From assembly GCF_006345805.1 (NCBI RefSeq), contig NC_043001.1, forward strand, positions 127,782,001 to 127,846,000: 64,000 nucleotides of DNA. Reading direction: 5' to 3'. Source of the DNA: Octopus sinensis (Eukaryota). Position 1 is the first letter of the stretch. Every line of letters begins with the position of its first letter. The notes under the pieces are model-generated. The model worked only from the letters and a program-made list of their open reading frames with translations, ran no database searches and was not told where the DNA came from. Made by a program: the position numbers and the translations under genes. This document shows, piece after piece, positions 13,466-26,421 of the stretch.

Positions 13466-14243
13466 TACCATACCACAAGGCAGAAAGAGTAGAACAAGCT
13501 GCTGAATACAACTCAAACTGTGATACCATGCGACCACTCACTTCTGCTGCAACATTCCAATGTGGTGCTGAACAAATCAAACTTGTCTCTTGTAAAATCA
13601 TGGATAAAAAAAGGGGATATTTCAATTGGGATGGGCAATGACAACGTTTTTAAAGACAAGAATATCAAATAACATAAATGGGACTAAAGATCACCATTTG
13701 AGGACTGTTGAACAAGATGATGAAGAAGATAGATCAAAGAAAGAACCAACAACATGAGGTGTTAATGGAAATTAGAACAGCAAGACTGGGAGGACTTTGG
13801 AGACAATGGTGATTGTGAAGAATCTTTGATGGTTTTCAATTGATTTTTAAGTTTTATTTCTTTTAAGCAGTAATTAATCTTTTGTTATCAATTGATAATT
13901 TCATAATTGTGCTTAACTTTAGATGTGCTTTGATGAATTTCTTTTATTTAATACTTTAGCATTTCAACCAGTTATATCCAGCCCAAATATTCTATTTGTT
14001 ATTTTGGTCAGTATTAATTTAAAATCTAGATTATGAGTAGTAGAAAACATGATGAATTAATGAGAATCCTAAAGGAAAATACCCAATATATTATTTACTA
14101 AGGAAGATATTTTATTTCAAAAAGTATTTTCCTTAAAGAATGAATATTGAAAATTAAAGTAAGTATAAATGATTTAAAATACATTAAGAAAAAAAAATGA
14201 AGTAAAAAATAAAAAATTAAATTAAAAAGCAATTAAAACTTAC

Positions 14244-14417
14244 CGTCTGCGTTCTGCATCCTGAGGGTCTGTGCCAGGTAATGTGACTGTGATGGTTGTT
14301 GGTGAACTGACATCATACTTCCGTTGGGGTTTCTTACAAATCCTCATCTTTACCAACGTGCTGAATATAGTATTTGCCAATATGCCCACAACTGGTTGTA
14401 ACCGGCTTGGGAAAAAG
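14244..14417 (-). CDS. TMEM115: TMEM115 coding exon 2
   Basis: Acceptor ttccgtag|C completes Ser (AG+C). Reads FFPSRLQPVVGILAN...LPGTDPQDAERR and ends CG|GTAAGT; 174 nt, phase 2 to phase 2. Confidence 0.96.
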
Positions 14418-14817
14418 CTACGGAATAAATAAATGAATAAAAAAAAGAACAATGTATAAAATACAAAGATCTCACACAGATTTTTATTGCAAAATACTGT
14501 AACAATGATGCCTTTCCCAAGGACACTTAATGAAGACACTTAATGAAGTGGAGTGAAATGGCCGTAACTGGGAATTAAAATCAGGTCATCAAAAATAACA
14601 AGGAACCTCGAATTCATTATTGTACTTGTCATAATAATAATAGTAATAATAATAATAACAATACTGTAAGCACAAGGTCTGAAATATTGATGGAACTGGA
14701 AGGTTGATTACATCAAACCTAATGCTCAATTTGTACTTATTTCACTGACCTCCAAAAGGATGAAAAGAAAAACTGACCATGGCAGAATTTGAACTCTTGT
14801 CCAGCATGCTAACTCAC

Positions 14818-14860
<43 letters not shown>

Positions 14861-14869
14861 TCTCTCGTG

Positions 14870-15385
14870 GCTTCTGGGCATAACTGATTGGAAGTGTTAT
14901 GCACGTTTTGTCTTGGTATAAAAGATGGGCTCTAGCAAACATTTTGTACAGTATCACAGATTTGCTTGTCAGTTACTTGTACTTTACTAGGTGATCATGT
15001 CTCTTAGTGGCTGACGATATGTGCATCTCTGAACACGAGCAGGAGTAGTTGGGGAGCATCATAGCCATGTGTTGAGAGGATTTCCTTGGGGCTTGAAGTA
15101 TTCACCTCTGGAAACATGGGTGTTTCATTCATCATCCTTAAACAAACCTTATTCAGAGACCTTTTGAGTGGAATGAGCTACTTGCCTTGAAGAAAATTCT
15201 AACTGGGCCTCACCTGCAAGATCATGTACTATTTATCTTGATATGAGATCAGCATGTTGTGCACATATGGTTGTGATGCATGTGCCTGGTGTATCTTTAT
15301 CAGATGGGTAGTCATGCTGGGAATATTGGGTTTTGTATATTTGTACCCCAGTGTCACTTTGATGACATGCATTGCTTTCTTACTC
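14870..15385 (+). mobile_element. Unclassified retroelement-like 3' fragment ending in (AAT)n
   Basis: (AAT)n on both flanks; short terminal frame GITDWKCYARFVLV*. Family not recognised. Confidence 0.35.
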
Positions 15386-15402
15386 AATAATAATAATAAT
15401 AA

Positions 15403-16330
15403 TTGTTTCTTTATTGGCCACAAGGACTAAACACAAATCAGAAAGGGACAATACAAAACTGGAGACATGTGGGGTTTAACACAAAAATCGAGTAAACAAA
15501 ATAGCAATGACAATTAACAATTAAGCAATAAAATCCCCAAAAAGTGGGGAATTCCTCACAGGGACAACTGAGGAACCCCACACATTCTGGTTATCCCAAC
15601 CGCCAGATGCACCTTCTCAACTCCTCCAGTTTACAAATGAAAGCTCAGAGTAGGCCCACTCACATGGGCCACCCTTACCACATGCACCCACCTTTCAACA
15701 AATTAACTGGAGGGCAGAACTTCCCTCTCTACACTCACTTTATTTTTCAAGTGGAACCTGAAAAAGTCGATGAGGGTTTGGCCGAAGAGGAAAGTATCTG
15801 TCTTCAGTCCTTTCAATCTCATCTACCACACTACTTCCTTCACCATAACCACCAGACAGAGGAAAACTGCATTTCCTTCCCTGCCAAAGGACTTGGCTGA
15901 TAACTGGATCCGTCTTACATGTGATAACAGCTGTTCGACAATGCTCCACAAGCCAGTAATGCATGAACACTAGACAGGTGTATGCAGGACGGTTTCATTA
16001 CCCTGCGCACACCTTGGACATATCTGTCTGAGAGCACTTCTGTGTCTGTAGAGCTTGTCTCAAACTGGTAGCGCTCTCTGGTAGCACTGCCAGGCCAAGG
16101 ATTTCTGAGAGTTATCCATAAGCCCCGGCCTGAAAGTCCTCCAGAAAAGACTAGTTAATTGATCTCTCCTGACACTCAGAGTTTCCCCACACTAATCTCC
16201 TACAGAACTCCATGGTGGAACTTCCAGTGACCATATTACCAGACAGCTGTGAGCACTTGCCAACACTGCAGATGCCAAGTGCCCTTTCTTGGTCAATGCT
16301 TGATTCAGGACTGTAGCTCTGTTAATGAGA
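15403..16330 (-). mobile_element. Tx1/L1-clade LINE 3' fragment with zf-RVT-type zinc finger
   Basis: Minus-strand peptide SLAWQCYQRALPV*DKLYRH...ICPRCAQGNETVLH...C..ITGLW, then VKEVVW*MRLKGLK...FFRFHLK...FVERW. 3' end GTGTTTAGTCCTTGTGGCCAATAAAGAAAC followed by (ATT)n. Confidence 0.75.
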
Positions 16331-16369
16331 CAAGCTGCAGAAAATCCTGCTTGACAAACAGCAACCACT

Positions 16370-19025
16370 AATCTCTGGCATTTCTAGCTTAAGGGTGCAG
16401 ATTTTTAGGGAAAGGGTATGATTTATGGAACTGACCTCAATCTATTACTGACACTCGTTTTATTGACCCTAGAAGAATGAAAAGCAAGTCCAACTCAAAC
16501 AGGATTTGAACTTAGAATGGGGGCTTGAAATGCCATGTAGCATTTATTCCAGAAGCTACTGTTTCTATTAATACATTGCTTTCAAAAAAAAAAAAAATAC
16601 TCATTTCTAACATAGGATACACGAGGCCATACATTTTGGGGAAGAGTATAGTTGATAATATCATCAAACCCAGTCCTTGGTAGGAGTTGAGCTAAACAAG
16701 AAAATGATTCCTTAGAAAGGTACAAGACTTCAAACATTTGAGGAGAGCAGAGTCAATTAAATTGACCTCAGTACTCAATGAATGATTGCATAAGCCAGAT
16801 GGAATTCATTGAGGCAGATTTCCTACAATCAGATGCCCTTCCTCTCATCAAACCTTACCTATTTGCAAGCAAAGCATTATTTCCTTATGGCCTGACATGT
16901 TTCAGGCCTCATTTATATCTATTTCACAATATCAAGACAAGGAGACACATACATGCATACATACAATATATATTTCTTTACTACCCACAAGGGGCTAAAC
17001 ACAGAGGGGACAAACAAGGACAGACAAACAAGGACAGACAAAGGGATTAAGTCGATTACATTGACCCCAGTGCGTAACTGGTACTTAATTTATCGACCCC
17101 GAAAGGATGAAAGGCAAAGTCGACCCCGGCGGAATTTGAACTCAGAAGGTAACGACAGATGAAATACGGCTACGCATTTCGCCCGGCGTGCGAAAAAGCT
17201 TCTTTTAGTTTCCATCCACCATATTTAGGGGAAAGGGATAGTCGATTACATCAACCCCAGTGCTTGACTGGTATTTATTTTATCAACACCTGAAAGGTTG
17301 AAAGGCAAAGTCAACCTTGGTGGCATTTGAGCTCAGAATGTTAAGTCAGAAGAAATGCTGCTAAGCATTTTGTCTGGTGAGGTAACGATTCTACCAGCTC
17401 ACCACCTTAATAATAATAATGGTTTCAGATTTTGCCAAAAGGGCAGCAATTTGGGGGAGGAAATGAGTTGATTACATAGACCCCAGTGTTCAACTGGTAC
17501 TAATTTTATATACCCCGAAAGGCTGAAAGGTAAAGTCAACCTCGGCAGAATTTGAACTCAGAATGTAGCAACAGGGGAAATACCACTAAGCATATTCTCC
17601 AGCACACTAATAATAAGCCTTTTTACTATAAGTACAAGGCCTGAAATTTTGGGAATGGGGATAAGTCAATTACATTGAGCCCAAACAATAATAATAATAG
17701 TAATAATAATAACAATAACAATACAGACATAAAGTCAGGAGTTTGTAAGAAGGGAACACCTGATTAAGCCACCCCCAATACTTGACTTTATTCTGTCAAC
17801 CACAGAAGAATGAAAGGTAGAGTTGACCTCTGTGGAATTTGAACTCAGGATGTACAATGCTTTAACTAAATATCATAATGCATTTTTGCCCATTAGCCTA
17901 ACAATTCTGCTATACAACCACCAGATACAAGACCTACAATTCTGAAATGATTGAACACTTGACCATACAAACCCCAGTATTTGACTAGCAGTTATTTTAT
18001 TGACCTTTAGAATGATGAAAGGCAAAGAAGGTCTTACACACAAATACTCTAATACATACATGTAACATCAACATTTTTATCATTTTAACATTTACTTTTT
18101 CATGCTTCCATAGGTCAGATAAGAGTATGCAAGGGCAGTTTCCTATGGCCAGATGCCCTTCTTGACACCAACCCCCACTTGCTTCCTTGTGAGGTAATTC
18201 CAGACTGTCAAGCAACAAACATTCTAGACATGTAAACGTGGAAAACCAGAAAAAAATTATACTGGAATGAGTATTTAGTTTACAAACACTAGGTGACTTG
18301 TCAAGAAGTCTAGACACATATTTCATTTGAGAAATACAAACTCACTCACACAAACACACACAATTATTATTACTAGAATTTTGTCTGCCACTACATTCTG
18401 AGTTCAAATTCCACTGAGGTTGACTTTGTCTTTCCTCCTTTCAGGGTTGATAAATTAAATACCAGTGAAACACTGGGGTTAATGTAATCAACTAGTCCCC
18501 TCCCCCAAAATTTCAGGCCTTGTGCCTATAGTAGAAAGGATTATTATTATTATTATTTATTTCTTTACTACCCACAAGGGGCTAAACACAGAGGGGACAA
18601 ACAAGGGCAGACAAAGGGATTAAGTCAATTACATTGACTCCAGTGCGTAACTGGTACTTAATTTATCGACCCCGAAAGTATGAAAGGCAAAGTTGACCTC
18701 GGCGGAATTTGAACCCAGAAATACGGCTCCGCATTTCGCCCAGCATGCTAACGTTTCTGCCAGCTCGCCTCCTTGTTATTATTATTATTATTATTATCAT
18801 CATCATTAAGGTGGTGAGTTGGCAGAATCATTACCATGCTGGGTAAAGTGCTTAGTGGCATTTCATCCGTCTTCACATTCTGGGTTCAAATTCTGCCGAG
18901 GTTGATTTTGCCTTTCATCCTTTCGGGGTCGATAAATTAAGTACCAGTTAAGTACTGGAGTCATTGTGATGAAACTATCCCCCTCCTCCAAATTTCAGGC
19001 CTTGTGCCTTTAGTAGACAGGATTA
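16370..19025. mobile_element. Second cluster of Meta-type SINE copies (minus-strand train ~16970-18030; plus/minus/plus trio 18365-19025)
   Basis: Same core and tails as 1160-9065. Confidence 0.85.
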
Positions 19026-19284
19026 TTATAATTATTATTATTAACATCGTTTTAGCATCCACTTTCCCACACTTGCATGGGTTGTAAGACATTTGCTGAA
19101 GTAGATTTTCTCTGGTCAGACACCCTACCTTTCAACAAACCTCACCTGTTTCCAAGTAAGGTAATATTTCCATGAACAGCATACTTGTACAGTCTCAGCA
19201 GTAAGTTTGAAATATCAAGGACTTGACTAGGCTAAAACTTTCTTGATTCAGTTTGCCCTGACTTAAGTAATATTAATATCCTTA

Positions 19285-19502
19285 ATCTTTTAACATTCAG
19301 ATTACTGTCAAATGTAATGCTTTTTTAATTCGGATTGTTTTGAATTAATCAGGCATTACCTTGTAGCTTCAAGGTTTCAATGATGTGATAGTTTATTTTT
19401 AGAATGACATTGTAGGGTAGGTGTGAGAGGCCTGTCTTGGCTGGTTTGAACATAAAACAGTATAATATTTGGGCTGGATGTGGCCAGTTTAAATGCTAAA
19501 GG
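19285..19502. mobile_element. piggyBac-like MITE (decayed left end)
   Basis: Right end AATGCTAAAGGG|TTAA; body matches 23679-23890. Confidence 0.65.
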
Positions 19503-20010
19503 GTTAAGATGTCTGTCACATATGTTGGAGCAAAATGGTCAAGTGGAAAATATTGAAACCCCAACTCATGAGTCATGAGTTCAAATCCACCTTTGGCATT
19601 TTCCTGTGCTTGTGAGCAGCAGGACACCTTTTACTGCATGGTGGTTTCCCTAAAATGTTAAACATGGGTAACAGGCTTTAGGAGGTGGGGAAGTCACTTG
19701 TGATAAACTAGCACTTTATGCAAGATGGGTCAGAGAGATTTACCTCTCATCCACTCAAGGTCACAAAAACTGGAATTAAGTACCAAGCAAGTTTGCCCTT
19801 ATTAATTACAACTGTTTACACTTTATTGTTTGCTATTTAGACAAGTTTCAACAGGTGTTTTGTCAATGACTGCTAACAGAGACTCCTAGTAACCTACAAG
19901 GCTTCTGTAATTTATCAGTTAAGAAGACTGTTACGTCTGATTGTCAAATATTCCAGGAATTTCTCTAGTTTATTTTGATACATTACTTATCTTTTGTTGG
20001 GGTAGAAATA

Positions 20011-20057
<47 letters not shown>

Positions 20058-20107
20058 TGTGAGAGAAACAAGTTCAGATGCATGATAAAGCCAGTAGTTC
20101 ACATATA

Positions 20108-21010
20108 CAGGGTGCAATGGGTAAATTGTTGCTATTTTATATTTTTAATTTCGCACATGTGCATTGTTTGTTTTTGATTTTGTTGACTACACAGTATAGT
20201 AGGGTCAGTTGGGCACCGTCAGTGAGAAAAACAGCACCATGATGCAATTCATTCTGCCAGAAATTTGGAAACAACATGCTGTACTGCTTGGCATTTGCAC
20301 CAAAAGCTCCAATATGAACATTTCAGAGTGTATGGGTGACAATCTGAGGATAGTGTTGAGGATTCGGAAAGAGTTGGATGAGTCTAGTGGTGATTGCGAA
20401 GGTACAGCAGCTCGGAAAATGCCCTCTGATCATTCTGATATAAAAAGAACTCCTGAATTTGTTGGTGAGATCCAAGTCATGCTTGACAACGAGCCCTCCA
20501 AGTCAATCAGGTCTATTGCCAGGGACATGAGAGTGTCTGAGTTTCTTACCAGGCAGGTAGTGCATGAGGACGTTCAGTATTCCTCATACAAGATGTGAAA
20601 GGGCTAATTTTTATCCCAAGCCATCAACAACAAGAGGAAAGACAGCACTATGAAGTTTTTGAAGAAACTCAAGCATCCTCTCCAACCAAACATACTTTGG
20701 TTTTTCTCAGTTGAAAAAAATTTCTGCCAGGATCAGATGGTGAACATATAGAACAACCGTTGGCTTGCTGTGTCCCCAAAATATGTACCGAGAGTGATAA
20801 AAATTAAACATCCAGTCAACATCATGACGCTTGGAGTGATCACTAGTGGGGACGACGTTATGCCTCCATTCATCTCCCTACATCAAGTGTCTGGAGGAGG
20901 CAGTGCTGCCCTGGGTCAAGAGGGTGGCTGCTGGAAGACCCTATGTCTTGCAAGAAGACTTTGTACCATGCCACACAAGCAAGAGAATCTAGTCATGGCT
21001 GTCACACAAC
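20108..21010 (+). mobile_element. Tc1/mariner DD37D (maT-like) transposon, 5' part, decayed transposase
   Basis: Starts TA|CAGGGTG. Peptides PSKSIRSIARDM (HTH), WFFSVEKNFCQDQ, KHPVNIMTLGVITSGDDVMPPF and GRPYV..EDF.PCHTS. Stops and an internal deletion. Confidence 0.85.
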
Positions 21011-21239
21011 CACCCCAAGAGTGTAGTGGGTAGTGGGTGCTTGTTATGTGTCACTGGCATGGGTGGCTTTTATGTGAAACTGAGATAAACTCCATCTTAA
21101 ATGGCCTGTACGCTTGATACAAACTTTAACTAACTTGAGAGAGAGAACGAACAGAAAAGGATCCAATGGAAAGCCAGTCTGGACAGAATTCTGAAGGTGA
21201 CATCCTGAAGATCACACGCTACCTCTATTTCTACTATAT

Positions 21240-21286
<47 letters not shown>

Positions 21287-21308
21287 GTGTGTGTGTGTAT
21301 GTGTATAG

Positions 21309-21622
21309 ATCACCGTGATCACCGTGACTGACCAGGCTATCAGATGTTGTTACACATCGCTGGTCACAATGCGCTTTGCATTGTTTTAGCCTTCAAATGA
21401 CGCCATCCCGCTGGCTAAGCAAGCAGGCCAACAGAAACAGAAAAAGTGAGAGAAAGTTGTGGCGAAAGAGTACAGCAGGGATCGCCACCCTCCCCTACCA
21501 GAGCCTCGTGGAGTTTTAGGTGTTTACGCTCAATAAACACTCACAACACCCAGTCTAGGAATCGAAACCGCGATCCTACGACTGCGAGTCCGCTGCCCTA
21601 ACCACTGGGCCATTGCACCTCC
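21309..21622 (-). mobile_element. OR-like tRNA SINE, tail B, embedded in (TA)n/(TG)n
   Basis: Same head as 4426; tail GTGACCAGCGATGTGTAACAACATCTGATAGCCTGGTC...CACGGTGAT. Confidence 0.85.
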
Positions 21623-21764
21623 TCATGTGTGTGTATATATTATATATATATATACAAGATAAGAAAATGGAGAAATACATCTAAATCAAATATCAATGTA
21701 TTGGATATATATTATCCCATGGAGGGTTGCATTTACAACCCCTATCTCAATTTGTATATTATAT

Positions 21765-21832
<68 letters not shown>

Positions 21833-22664
21833 TGTCTGTCTGTTTATCTATCTATCTATCTATATTATGCTGAGTCTGTTCATAACAAAACAACACGAGC
21901 CTCCTCAAGCTGGTTCCCTAAAACAAAATGATCAACAACTGGCAACCTACTTGGTGCAGAAAGGGAAAGTCATTTATTTCTCATCCTCCATTCTCCACAT
22001 AATGACATGCCACTGCAGCTAGGAAATAGTCCCAATATGGGTCTCTTTGGGGGTAAAGAATTAAAACTTACGCTCTGAACAGTTTTAGTCAGCAGCCCCC
22101 GTTCTGATTTGAGGTTGCAGCTTTGTCACTTCACTTACATCACAGTGCATTATGAGAAAAGAAAACATGTTCCTGAATGTCATTAACTCCCATATCCTCC
22201 ACCTACTCTAAATATCTTATGCTGCATGTCTGCTTGGAGATAGCAACATCTGATTCCAGTACTCTCTCTCTTTGAAATGCTTTAACAACAGAATTCTATC
22301 AAAGTAGGTTTCAGAAATAAATATGCTTTACAAAGAAACCCAAGTAATTTAATAAAATATTAACAAAGAGTGGGGGAACTATATCTTAACTATATCTTAA
22401 AAGCTTACTGAAGTTAGTGGAGTGGCAGAAATGAAAGTATTCGGCTAATTGTCCTTTAATATTTAGTTTCATCCTTCAGCATTTTAGTTTCAGAGTCAAT
22501 AAAACAAAAACCACGCATGTACAGGGATTTGTTCAATCAAGTATATCAGCTACATTCTGCTCCTCCAAATTCAAGGCCTTGTGAAAAATTATAATAGTAT
22601 AGTTTTTTTTACCAAAGACATGATGAAAATGTGCTGAGGTGAACTAAAATTTATCTCTCTATTC

Positions 22665-22883
22665 CAGTGCTTTTCAATCTTTTTGCTGGAGCGGAACCCC
22701 AAGGAAACATTCCACTGGCTCGAGGAACCCCTGTGCAATAATTTAATAGTCTTATGCACACGTATCTGCACAGGAGAATTAAAAATTACTGCCGATTTTA
22801 GCAGTTTTGTAACTTCTTGTGGAACCCCTAGACTGTACTGGCAGAACCCTAAGGTTCCACGGAACCCTGGTTGAAAACCACTG
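22665..22883. mobile_element. hAT-type MITE
   Basis: TIRs CAGTGCTTTTCAA / TTGAAAACCACTG; 8-bp TSD CTCTATTC at 22657-22664 and 22884-22891. Confidence 0.9.
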
Positions 22884-23678
22884 CTCTATTCATATCAAGT
22901 GGCTAAGGATGCCATAGAAATCTGATCCCAATACAACAAGCCTATCAAACACAAATCCTGTTTCTTCATTACAAGATTTCTTTTTTGAATCATTTAGTCA
23001 AAGGAGGAAAGCAGTGTCTATGATTCTCTATAGAGCCTTTTGACACTGAAGAAAGAGAGGGAAGAAGGTATCTTCAAACTGGCCTGAATGTTTGCAACTG
23101 GGTGGACTCTGTTAAAGGCACCCAAGGTGGTGTGTTAAACTGAATAATGGTTTAAGTCAAGCACCCATGTAGGACACAGCAGGATTTGAACTCAGAAGAG
23201 TAAATACAAATATCACAAGGCATCTCCTCCAACATTCTAATATTTCCACCAGTCCACCACTTTACAGTATTTCTTTTTTGTACAGTAGGTATGGTCTACC
23301 TGGAGCACTGGCTCAAATCTATTAAATCAACTGGCTAAATATGAACCAAGAGAGCTTCGATGTGGTCATGTTACATGTTTCCTTCTTGAGTCATGCCGAT
23401 TCATAAGGGCTGGTTTCCCAGTTTCTATGGCGTATATATTCCCCACCTGGATGGGACACCAGTCCATCACAGGAATTACTCATTCTTGCCAGTTGGATGG
23501 ACTAGAGCAAGATGAAATGAAGTGTTTTGCTCAAAAACACAACACGTCACCTGGTCCAGGAATCGAAACCACTGCCTTAAGATCAAAAACTCAACATCCT
23601 AACCACTAAGCCACGTGCCTCCACTCATGTTGCATGCTAGAAACAGGACCCAAATCTCCCTCAAACAATATCCTTTAA

Positions 23679-23890
23679 CCCTTTAGCATTCAGATTACTC
23701 TGTCGAATATAATGCTTATTCATTTATATTCTTTTGAATTCATCATGCATTATCTTGCAGCTTTAAAATTACGATGTGATAATATGTTTTTAGAATGATA
23801 TCATAGGGTAGATGTAAGAAGCTGGATCTGGATAGTTTGAACATAAAGTAGAATAGTTGGGTGGATGTGACCAGTTTAAATAGTAAAGGG
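23679..23890. mobile_element. piggyBac-like MITE
   Basis: TTAA|CCCTTTAGCATT ... AATAGTAAAGGG|TTAG. Confidence 0.75.
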
Positions 23891-23913
23891 TTAGAAAGGA
23901 AAGAAAAGGCAGA

Positions 23914-24129
23914 AACGTTAGCACGCCAGGCGAAATGCTTAGCCGTATTTCGTCTGCCGCTACGTTGTGAGTTCAAATTCCGCCGAGGTCGACTTTGCCT
24001 TTCATCCTTTCAGGGTCGATAAATTAAGTACCAGTTACGCACTGGGGTCGATGTAATCGACTTAATACCTATGTCTGTCCTTGTTTGTCCCCCCTCTGTG
24101 TTTAGCCCCTTGTGGGTAGTAAAGAAATA
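23914..24129 (+). mobile_element. 5'-truncated tail-c SINE with 25-bp TSD
   Basis: GGTTAGAAAGGAAAGAAAAGGCAGA at 23889-23913 and 24130-24154. Confidence 0.85.
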
Positions 24130-24983
24130 GGTTAGAAAGGAAAGAAAAGGCAGACTAAAATTGAATACACTTTATGAAGACACTTCATGAATAGATGGAG
24201 TGTCCATGGTTGGAGTGCTTTTAATCAATAGTTTGTGTAATCAGGACTGAGCTGGATCTAATAACATTGAAGACATATTTTGGTTGAGTTTGTCATATGG
24301 ACAAAAGAACACAGGCTAAAGAAAGATTCAAAATATATCCTAAGCTCTCATGAATATTTAAAGAATAGTGCTTGACAATGGTTTCATGACATTAAGTGAA
24401 TGAGAGTTATATTTCTCCCTGGACAGGATGCTAGTCAACTATAGGTAACTTTTTGAGCACCAACAGCCTGAGAAGTTCTGCTAAAGATTCTGATTACTGT
24501 GTTTCCTCTTTAACTAAATAATGCAATTTCAAATAAATTGGTGTGTAATCCCAACAGCCAGGTGATTTGAGGAGTGCAGTTTTTAATGTGTTCTAAGTAC
24601 AAAAGAAATGTGTAGTGAAACTGATCTCAAGACTTTAATGCTATAGTGTCCACTTAGCTATTCTATATACAGAATGAGTGAGGAGAGGTTATTTGAGATA
24701 TCATAGCAGATCAGCTTAATGGTCTGGCTGGTGAGATTAGAACACTAAAAAGCCAGGGATTCTCAAAGTAAGTTGTGAGGAAAAAAAATCTGGGACTCAG
24801 CGAGATGATGTTTCTTTTAATAACAGTTAATAAATATTTATTTTTTAAAACAGTCTGTATAAGAAAAAAAACATTTTTTGAAACAAATACTATTTGTTAT
24901 TTTCAACGTAAGTTATTGTATGTTGTTTTTGCTCTTTTACATGGATAAATTCTCTCTCAAAAAACAACTTTTGTTTCATTTAA

Positions 24984-25281
24984 TCTTTATATATAAAATT
25001 CAAGTTGTGTGTGTGTGAGACTCTGTCTCCTCCGATTTAGATTCCTAACTACTCCCACATTTTGCGGTGCAGTTTAACTAAAAGCGGGTATCTTATAGTC
25101 GTCATTCATATCGAGCCCTTCTGGGTATTAGTGTGAGTCTACGATTTAAAAAAAAATTTATTATCATTTTTCTGCATTTTTTATGATTTTTGCTCGGGTT
25201 ATATAAGGGAAGTAACTCTCTAAAAATGCTTATATAGTTATTTCCCTAACAAACCCGAGCAACACCAGGCGATACTGCTAG
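24984..25281 (+). mobile_element. Non-autonomous Helitron (~300 bp)
   Basis: A|TCTTTATATATAAAA start; ends CCCGAGCAACACCAGGCGATACTG-CTAG|T (decayed hairpin plus CTAG); inserted between A and T. Confidence 0.8.
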
Positions 25282-26288
25282 TATCTTATAAAAATGAGGG
25301 TGGTGAGATTTTGAATACTGTGAACAGACACGTACATGCATGCGTGCATGTGTGTTTGTTTCTTTGCGTTGACATCATGCAATAGTTGTAAACAAGCAGC
25401 ACTGTCATACAAGTGTTTTTGTTCATTTTCAATCTTTTATGGAAATGTCCAGCTACAGGGAAAATACCTTGTCTGAAAATGGACACAGGTTGGTGACAGG
25501 AAGGACATTTGGCCATACAAAATCTGCCTCAACAAATTCCATCTGATCCATGCAAGCATGGAAAAGTGGACGTGTAAAAGGGTAATGGTGAAAATGATGA
25601 TATCTAATGTGTTTTGCATCAAAATAAATTTGGAAATATCTTTTTTCCAAGAACACAATGCAACAACATGGATCTTTTAGCTTTTATCCTATCATTTCTG
25701 ATTCAAAAGTTCTTAATATAGATTATAAATTCAGTCTTTTGTAGCCCTTAGTGTAAATTTTATTTTTTTTTAAAGATTAACAGCATTCTTAACTTCCAGT
25801 GTCACCTCCCAGTAATATTACAAGCATACATAAAATCTATAACCTCATATTTATGGCAGGGAGGGGAAAATGGTAATTTTGTTACATTTCATGCCTTTTC
25901 CAAGGGATATTGGTAATATAAATGAAATGTAGTTACCACACCTGGAATCAGAAACCAGGACTTGACCTCAGCCGACTCACTTAAAAGTTTACTTTCACTT
26001 TAATGAAACTACTTGACAGCTGCCTTATCATATTGCCCAACTTGTCTTCAACACCAGCTGCTCACATGAGATTGTCTTCACATAAAGAAAGATATATATA
26101 TATATATATAATAATAAATATTAGGGAATAAATCCAAATTTACAAGGAAAAAATCAGATTTAGGATTAAATCCAATTTTATAGTAAAATATTATAAAATA
26201 TTATTAGAGACAAAACCACTATTTTGCAAAACAAACAAGGAAAGACTTAATCAATACATAAAATTTTAATAAATAGTCAAAAAAACCG

Positions 26289-26331
26289 CCACTACAATTG
26301 TTTCTTGTCTTGATCGACAATCTTCAGGTGG
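26289..26331 (-). ncRNA. Minimal type I hammerhead ribozyme (copy in TMEM115 pre-mRNA sense)
   Basis: Exact reverse complement of 26379-26421. Confidence 0.8.
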
Positions 26332-26378
26332 ACTTCCAATAAGTCAGTTTCATAATTTGAAACTGACTTATTGGAAGT

Positions 26379-26421
26379 CCACCTGAAGATTGTCGATCAA
26401 GACAAGAAACAATTGTAGTGG
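26379..26421 (+). ncRNA. Minimal type I hammerhead ribozyme
   Basis: CCAC-CTGAAGA-TTGTC(GATCAA)GACAA-GAAA-C(AATT)G-TA-GTGG: stem I CCAC/GTGG, core CUGAAGA, 5-bp stem II, GAAA, short stem III with palindromic loop, GUA cleavage triplet (cut after 26417). Confidence 0.8.

Noticed and set aside
22070-22135. Possible cassette exon in TMEM115 intron 1 (GTAAGT donor on the minus strand)
   Set aside because: The acceptor is ambiguous and such motifs are expected by chance in 26 kb.
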